Positions 39,631 to 42,262 of a DNA stretch of 42,262 bases are shown here, piece by piece. The DNA comes from an uncultured Candidatus Saccharibacteria bacterium (lineage in GTDB: Bacteria; Patescibacteriota; Minisyncoccia; Phycocordibacterales; UBA9973), in assembly GCA_964368775.1 (NCBI GenBank), contig CAYJCX010000002.1:1-42262 (forward strand), read 5' to 3'. The notes under the pieces were generated by a model that saw only the letters and a list, made by a program, of their open reading frames with translations, had not been told where the DNA came from and made no database searches. A program made the translations under genes and the position numbers. Each line of letters opens with the position of its first letter. The first letter of the stretch is position 1.

Positions 39631-40701
39631 TTAGCTATTAGTTGCAAAAGAATAAACGATACCTTGTGGGTTTACCACACAAAGGCCGTAGCCTGCGCGG
39701 ACAGCAAAGCGGTATATATCTTTTGAGAAATCGACCGCATTGTTATCTTGTGTAGGAGCTGGCTTCATATGTGGAGCTTCCCATTCTGCGTACATCGCCC
39801 AAAAACGATTCATAGGTACATCGCCCTCGAAAGCACCGATACCCCAGTAGTTAGACTTCGCAGTATTACGTTGTCCATTTACAGTTGTATCTAGTTGTTC
39901 TAGAACAAGCATCTTGTAACGGTTCTTGTAAGTGTTTTCTACATTAGGGTTAGCCTGTGTGTTGTCAGAGATAGAACGCAAGAATTGCATTATAGCTTCT
40001 GTAACATTTGGGTTTCCTGAACAGAAAATGTGTGAGAAACGCTTTGAACGTGGAATACCGTAGTTATCTAGAGTATTGTTACGAGCAATTGTTTCTGCTG
40101 AAATCAAACCTGATTTAGAAAACTGTGGGTTTCCTGGAACAATGTTTGTGTAAGTTGTAGCACTGAAAGCTAGTGTGTGAGCTGCGTTAGCAATTGATAG
40201 GCCGTCTCCGGTTGTTGTATCAATTGTATAACCATCCATATCAACATATGATGTACTTGCTGCAAAAGTTACTGCAAGTTGTGTCATATCAAGGTTAATA
40301 CGTTGTGGAGCTGTTTCACCTAGATCGATACCAATAGCTTTAACATCCATCCAACGGTCGAACATTATTGCTTCGTAAGTTAGATCTAGTTCTTTAGCGA
40401 TACGCTTTAGAGAAACATCTTTGTGATAACCGATACCAAATTGAGCCTTAGCTGCTGCTACGCCCTCTGGCTTTGTACTAGCGAAAGTAGAGAAATCTCT
40501 TTCGTTATATCTACGGATATTACCACTGTGTAGTGGTACTGATTCTTTGATGAAAAGTGGCTTTGCATCCCATGGGTATTTTTCGCCGACTTCGGAGAAT
40601 TTCTTAGCTACGAGGTCATAGATCTCGCTAAAGCTAAATGTTGCCATGAATGAGGAGCTATTTCCTGGGTTTGGCTCGTTTGAGCCTGATGGAACTGACA
40701 T
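39631..40701 (-). CDS. major capsid protein (HK97-fold type, putative)
   Basis: 356 aa. Its position follows portal / 222-aa / decoration-like genes. It is followed by a strong hairpin, and its size and composition are typical. Not verified by profile search. Confidence 0.6.
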   Translation of the reverse strand: MSVPSGSNEPNPGNSSSFMATFSFSEIYDLVAKKFSEVGEKYPWDAKPLFIKESVPLHSGNIRRYNERDFSTFASTKPEGVAAAKAQFGIGYHKDVSLKRIAKELDLTYEAIMFDRWMDVKAIGIDLGETAPQRINLDMTQLAVTFAASTSYVDMDGYTIDTTTGDGLSIANAAHTLAFSATTYTNIVPGNPQFSKSGLISAETIARNNTLDNYGIPRSKRFSHIFCSGNPNVTEAIMQFLRSISDNTQANPNVENTYKNRYKMLVLEQLDTTVNGQRNTAKSNYWGIGAFEGDVPMNRFWAMYAEWEAPHMKPAPTQDNNAVDFSKDIYRFAVRAGYGLCVVNPQGIVYSFATNS

Positions 40702-40724
40702 ATATCTAATTCATTAATTAACTA

Positions 40725-41141
40725 TTAACTTGTTAGAAGCGCACGAACTTCAACCAAAGTAGCTGAAATGAAACGTGTAACTTCGAACTGTACACCTGCG
40801 CCTGATACATCTAATCCATAAGAATCAGAGTAAACATTAAAAGGTAGACCGACCATGGCTGCTGTTGCAGTACCATTAGTAACCGGCATTAGCCAACGGT
40901 CTGTACCGTCAACAATACCATCGTATGAAATGTCTTTTGTAGAAGCGTAGTCTGTATCTGTAGATGCGACTACTTCTAAACATAGACCTAGAACTGGGTT
41001 TGCCCCAGCAGCTAGGGGTTTGATATATCCTGATCCATCATATTCAACCCACATACCAATAGCGAAAGCAGTAGATGCTTTCTTTGGTGCAGTTTGGATA
41101 TTTTCGATAAGAATATGTCTTTGACTTTTTGTAACTGGCAT
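40725..41141 (-). CDS. head decoration-like protein (DUF2190-like pattern, tentative)
   Basis: 138 aa directly upstream of the capsid gene, with Gly/Val/Ala-rich beta-type periodicity. Confidence 0.35.
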   Translation of the reverse strand: MPVTKSQRHILIENIQTAPKKASTAFAIGMWVEYDGSGYIKPLAAGANPVLGLCLEVVASTDTDYASTKDISYDGIVDGTDRWLMPVTNGTATAAMVGLPFNVYSDSYGLDVSGAGVQFEVTRFISATLVEVRALLTS

Positions 41142-41180
41142 ATTAATTATTCAAAATAAGGAGCCTTATAAATTTTTATA

Positions 41181-41219
41181 CAAAAATAGGCAAGAACCTA
41201 CTTTCGTACTGTTCTTGCC
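41181..41219 (-). terminator. intrinsic terminator ending the leader RNA, 40 nt upstream of the capsid-operon ATG
   Basis: The minus strand reads GGCAAGAAC-AGUACGAAAGUAG-GUUCUUGCC (9-bp perfect stem) followed by UAUUUUUG. Confidence 0.7.
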
Positions 41220-41346
41220 TGGGCTGTTAGCTTCTTGGCCTAGATGGCTTTCTGCTTTGCGTACGGGGCGACCGTCCGATTTCAGGTGTGGATGTTTGGA
41301 TTCGGAGTATTCCCCTATCCGTATAGCGAGTCCTCCCGGACACGAT
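41182..41346 (-). ncRNA. ~165-nt structured leader / small RNA between the late promoter and its terminator (unknown class)
   Basis: Bounded by a TTGTAC-N17-TATACT promoter and the terminator. It is locally GC-rich. The 5' hairpin GUAUAUCGUGUCC-GGGA-GGACUCGCUAUAC has a GNRA loop. A second hairpin is GGAUAGGGG-AAUA-CUCCGAAUCC. Confidence 0.5.
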
Positions 41347-41352
41347 ATACAT

Positions 41353-41381
41353 AGTATAAAGAAATAAAATAAATTGTACAA
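41353..41381 (-). promoter_or_regulatory. sigma70-type promoter TTGTAC-N17-TATACT (candidate late/capsid promoter)
   Basis: The minus strand reads TTATCCACATGTTGTACAATTTATTTTATTTCTTTATACT. The -35 is at 41381-41376 and the -10 at 41358-41353. Confidence 0.55.
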
Positions 41382-41383
41382 CA

Positions 41384-41392
41384 TGTGGATAA
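41384..41392 (-). promoter_or_regulatory. perfect DnaA box (TTATCCACA), 2 bp upstream of the -35 hexamer
   Basis: Plus-strand TGTGGATAA at 41384-41392. Confidence 0.6.
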
Positions 41393-41396
41393 ATAT

Positions 41397-41419
41397 AAAA
41401 GCCCTATCTAGGGGCTTTT
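41397..41419 (-). terminator. intrinsic terminator (second of a tandem pair after the packaging operon)
   Basis: AAAAGCCC-TATCTAG-GGGCTTTT. On the minus strand the stem is followed by UUUUAUAUUU. Confidence 0.6.
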
Positions 41420-41474
41420 ATATTTAATCTGTTGAAGATGTTACGATATTTTTCATATTTAAAGTATATAACAC

Positions 41475-41503
41475 AAAACCCCGGACAGCAATGTCGGGGT
41501 TTT
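41475..41503 (-). terminator. intrinsic terminator (first of a tandem pair after the 222-aa gene)
   Basis: The minus strand reads AAAACCCCGAC-AUUGCU-GUCCGGGGUUUU followed by GUGUU. Confidence 0.6.
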
Positions 41504-41556
41504 ATGTGTGCGACAGGGTGAGAACCTGTAGACCCTATAAGGGTAACTTAATTATA

Positions 41557-42225
41557 TTACTCTTCTTGGGCTTTTTCAACATTGAAATAATCACTCATTT
41601 CATTGCCGGTTTGTTCTCTAACTTTCATTAGTGCTGCGGTTAGATCAGTGTATAGGGCATATGTAGAATCATATCTGCCTGTACCTGGGTTCTTTGCGCC
41701 AAATAGACGAGACATCATTTCGTGGCGGTGGCCAACTACTTGTTTCATTGTGTATTCGTCAAATGCAGTAACGATTAGTTTAAGAGAATCAAAGATATGT
41801 TTGTATTCCCCTGTTCCAATGTTATTTGCATTTAGAATAGTGAATATATCTATAGTTACCCTTTCGAAAGTCTTATTAATTTCTTCTTCGTCTGCTGGAG
41901 TAGCATTAATAAGATTGATCTTAGCTAATTGTTCGCCGTTATTAGCAAATAGATTTAACAATTGGGCGATTGCTGGCAAAGCACGTTTGTCTTTGTGGCC
42001 ATCGTAGTCAAATTTAGGTTTTGCTGAATAAACTGGATCTGTTTCTAGCTTCTTAATAGCCTTTGCGCGGATAACTTTACCTAATTCGGATGGTTCTGCT
42101 AATTGAGCATCTTGGAATATCTGATTAGCGCGGTCTACTATAGCTTCTTCGTCTGTTAGTCCCTCATCACGGGCTTGGTCGTGAGAACAAGATAATAGTG
42201 CTGGGATGAAATATTTATCTTCCAT
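41557..42225 (-). CDS. hypothetical protein at the scaffold position (function unknown)
   Basis: 222 aa. It would lie directly downstream of the portal gene if the window ends are joined. The sequence is helical and acidic, and no motif was recognised. Confidence 0.3.
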   Translation of the reverse strand: MEDKYFIPALLSCSHDQARDEGLTDEEAIVDRANQIFQDAQLAEPSELGKVIRAKAIKKLETDPVYSAKPKFDYDGHKDKRALPAIAQLLNLFANNGEQLAKINLINATPADEEEINKTFERVTIDIFTILNANNIGTGEYKHIFDSLKLIVTAFDEYTMKQVVGHRHEMMSRLFGAKNPGTGRYDSTYALYTDLTAALMKVREQTGNEMSDYFNVEKAQEE

Positions 42226-42262
42226 ATTATTCTAAATTACTATTAAAGTCTGCGGCAGAAAC

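Noticed and set aside
41255-41275. ACGCAAAGC in the leader resembles the conserved ACGCAAAGC of c-di-GMP-I (GEMM) riboswitches. A phi29-type packaging RNA was also considered.
   Set aside because: I could not build the flanking GEMM helices or tetraloop-receptor arrangement by hand. The phage has a nuclease-bearing TerL, unlike phi29-type systems. Both ideas are left as an Rfam check only.
41166-41384. 72-aa minus-strand ORF covering the leader region.
   Set aside because: Its ATG lies upstream of the -35 of the only plausible promoter. The sequence folds into hairpins and runs through an intrinsic terminator, and the peptide is compositionally odd. I interpret it as non-coding RNA.
1-42262. 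tRNA, tmRNA or rRNA genes.
   Set aside because: I scanned for T-loop-like GGTTCRANYCC motifs and cloverleaf-sized GC-rich segments on both strands. The only near matches (around 918 and 31831) are inside CDSs and lack acceptor or anticodon stems.
1-42262. Alternative genetic code or stop-codon reassignment, and a diversity-generating retroelement.
   Set aside because: Standard-code ORFs tile the genome almost completely, including one of 2631 codons. TAA, TAG and TGA all serve as terminal stops. No reverse transcriptase or template/variable repeat pair was seen.

Overview
This AT-rich 42.3-kb window reads as one compact tailed-phage genome. It is probably complete and circularly permuted, because the morphogenesis gene order continues across the window ends. 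It holds about 60 genes, all but four on the minus strand, with essentially no Shine-Dalgarno sequences. The minus-strand order starts with putative TerS (GTG start), TerL and portal (4109..44). It then wraps to a 222-aa protein (42225..41557), two intrinsic terminators, and a sigma70-type promoter driving a ~165-nt structured leader that ends in a terminator (41346..41182). Next come a decoration-like protein, the major capsid protein, and about 20 kb of virion/tail genes, including a glycine-rich protein and two 1021-aa fibre/spike proteins. The late block ends with a 2631-aa polyvalent-type giant protein, a papain(C1)-like plus peptidoglycan-binding endolysin, and a holin (15579). The remaining third (4214..15168) is an early region. 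It contains a DnaA-domain-IV-like HTH fused to an HNH nuclease, about 35 very small genes (many Cys-rich or membrane), a RecA / NinG-like / RusA-like recombination module, and a KGG-type small basic protein. I saw no DNA polymerase, primase, helicase, integrase, tRNA, rRNA or CRISPR array. The most notable observation is six exact, co-oriented DnaA-box cores (TTATCCAC on the coding strand, two as perfect TTATCCACA). They lie only in or at the edge of the few control regions, mostly at fixed distances upstream of consensus promoters, in a genome that itself encodes a DnaA-box-reading domain fused to a nuclease. All calls come from reading the sequence and ORF translations by eye; no database search was possible.
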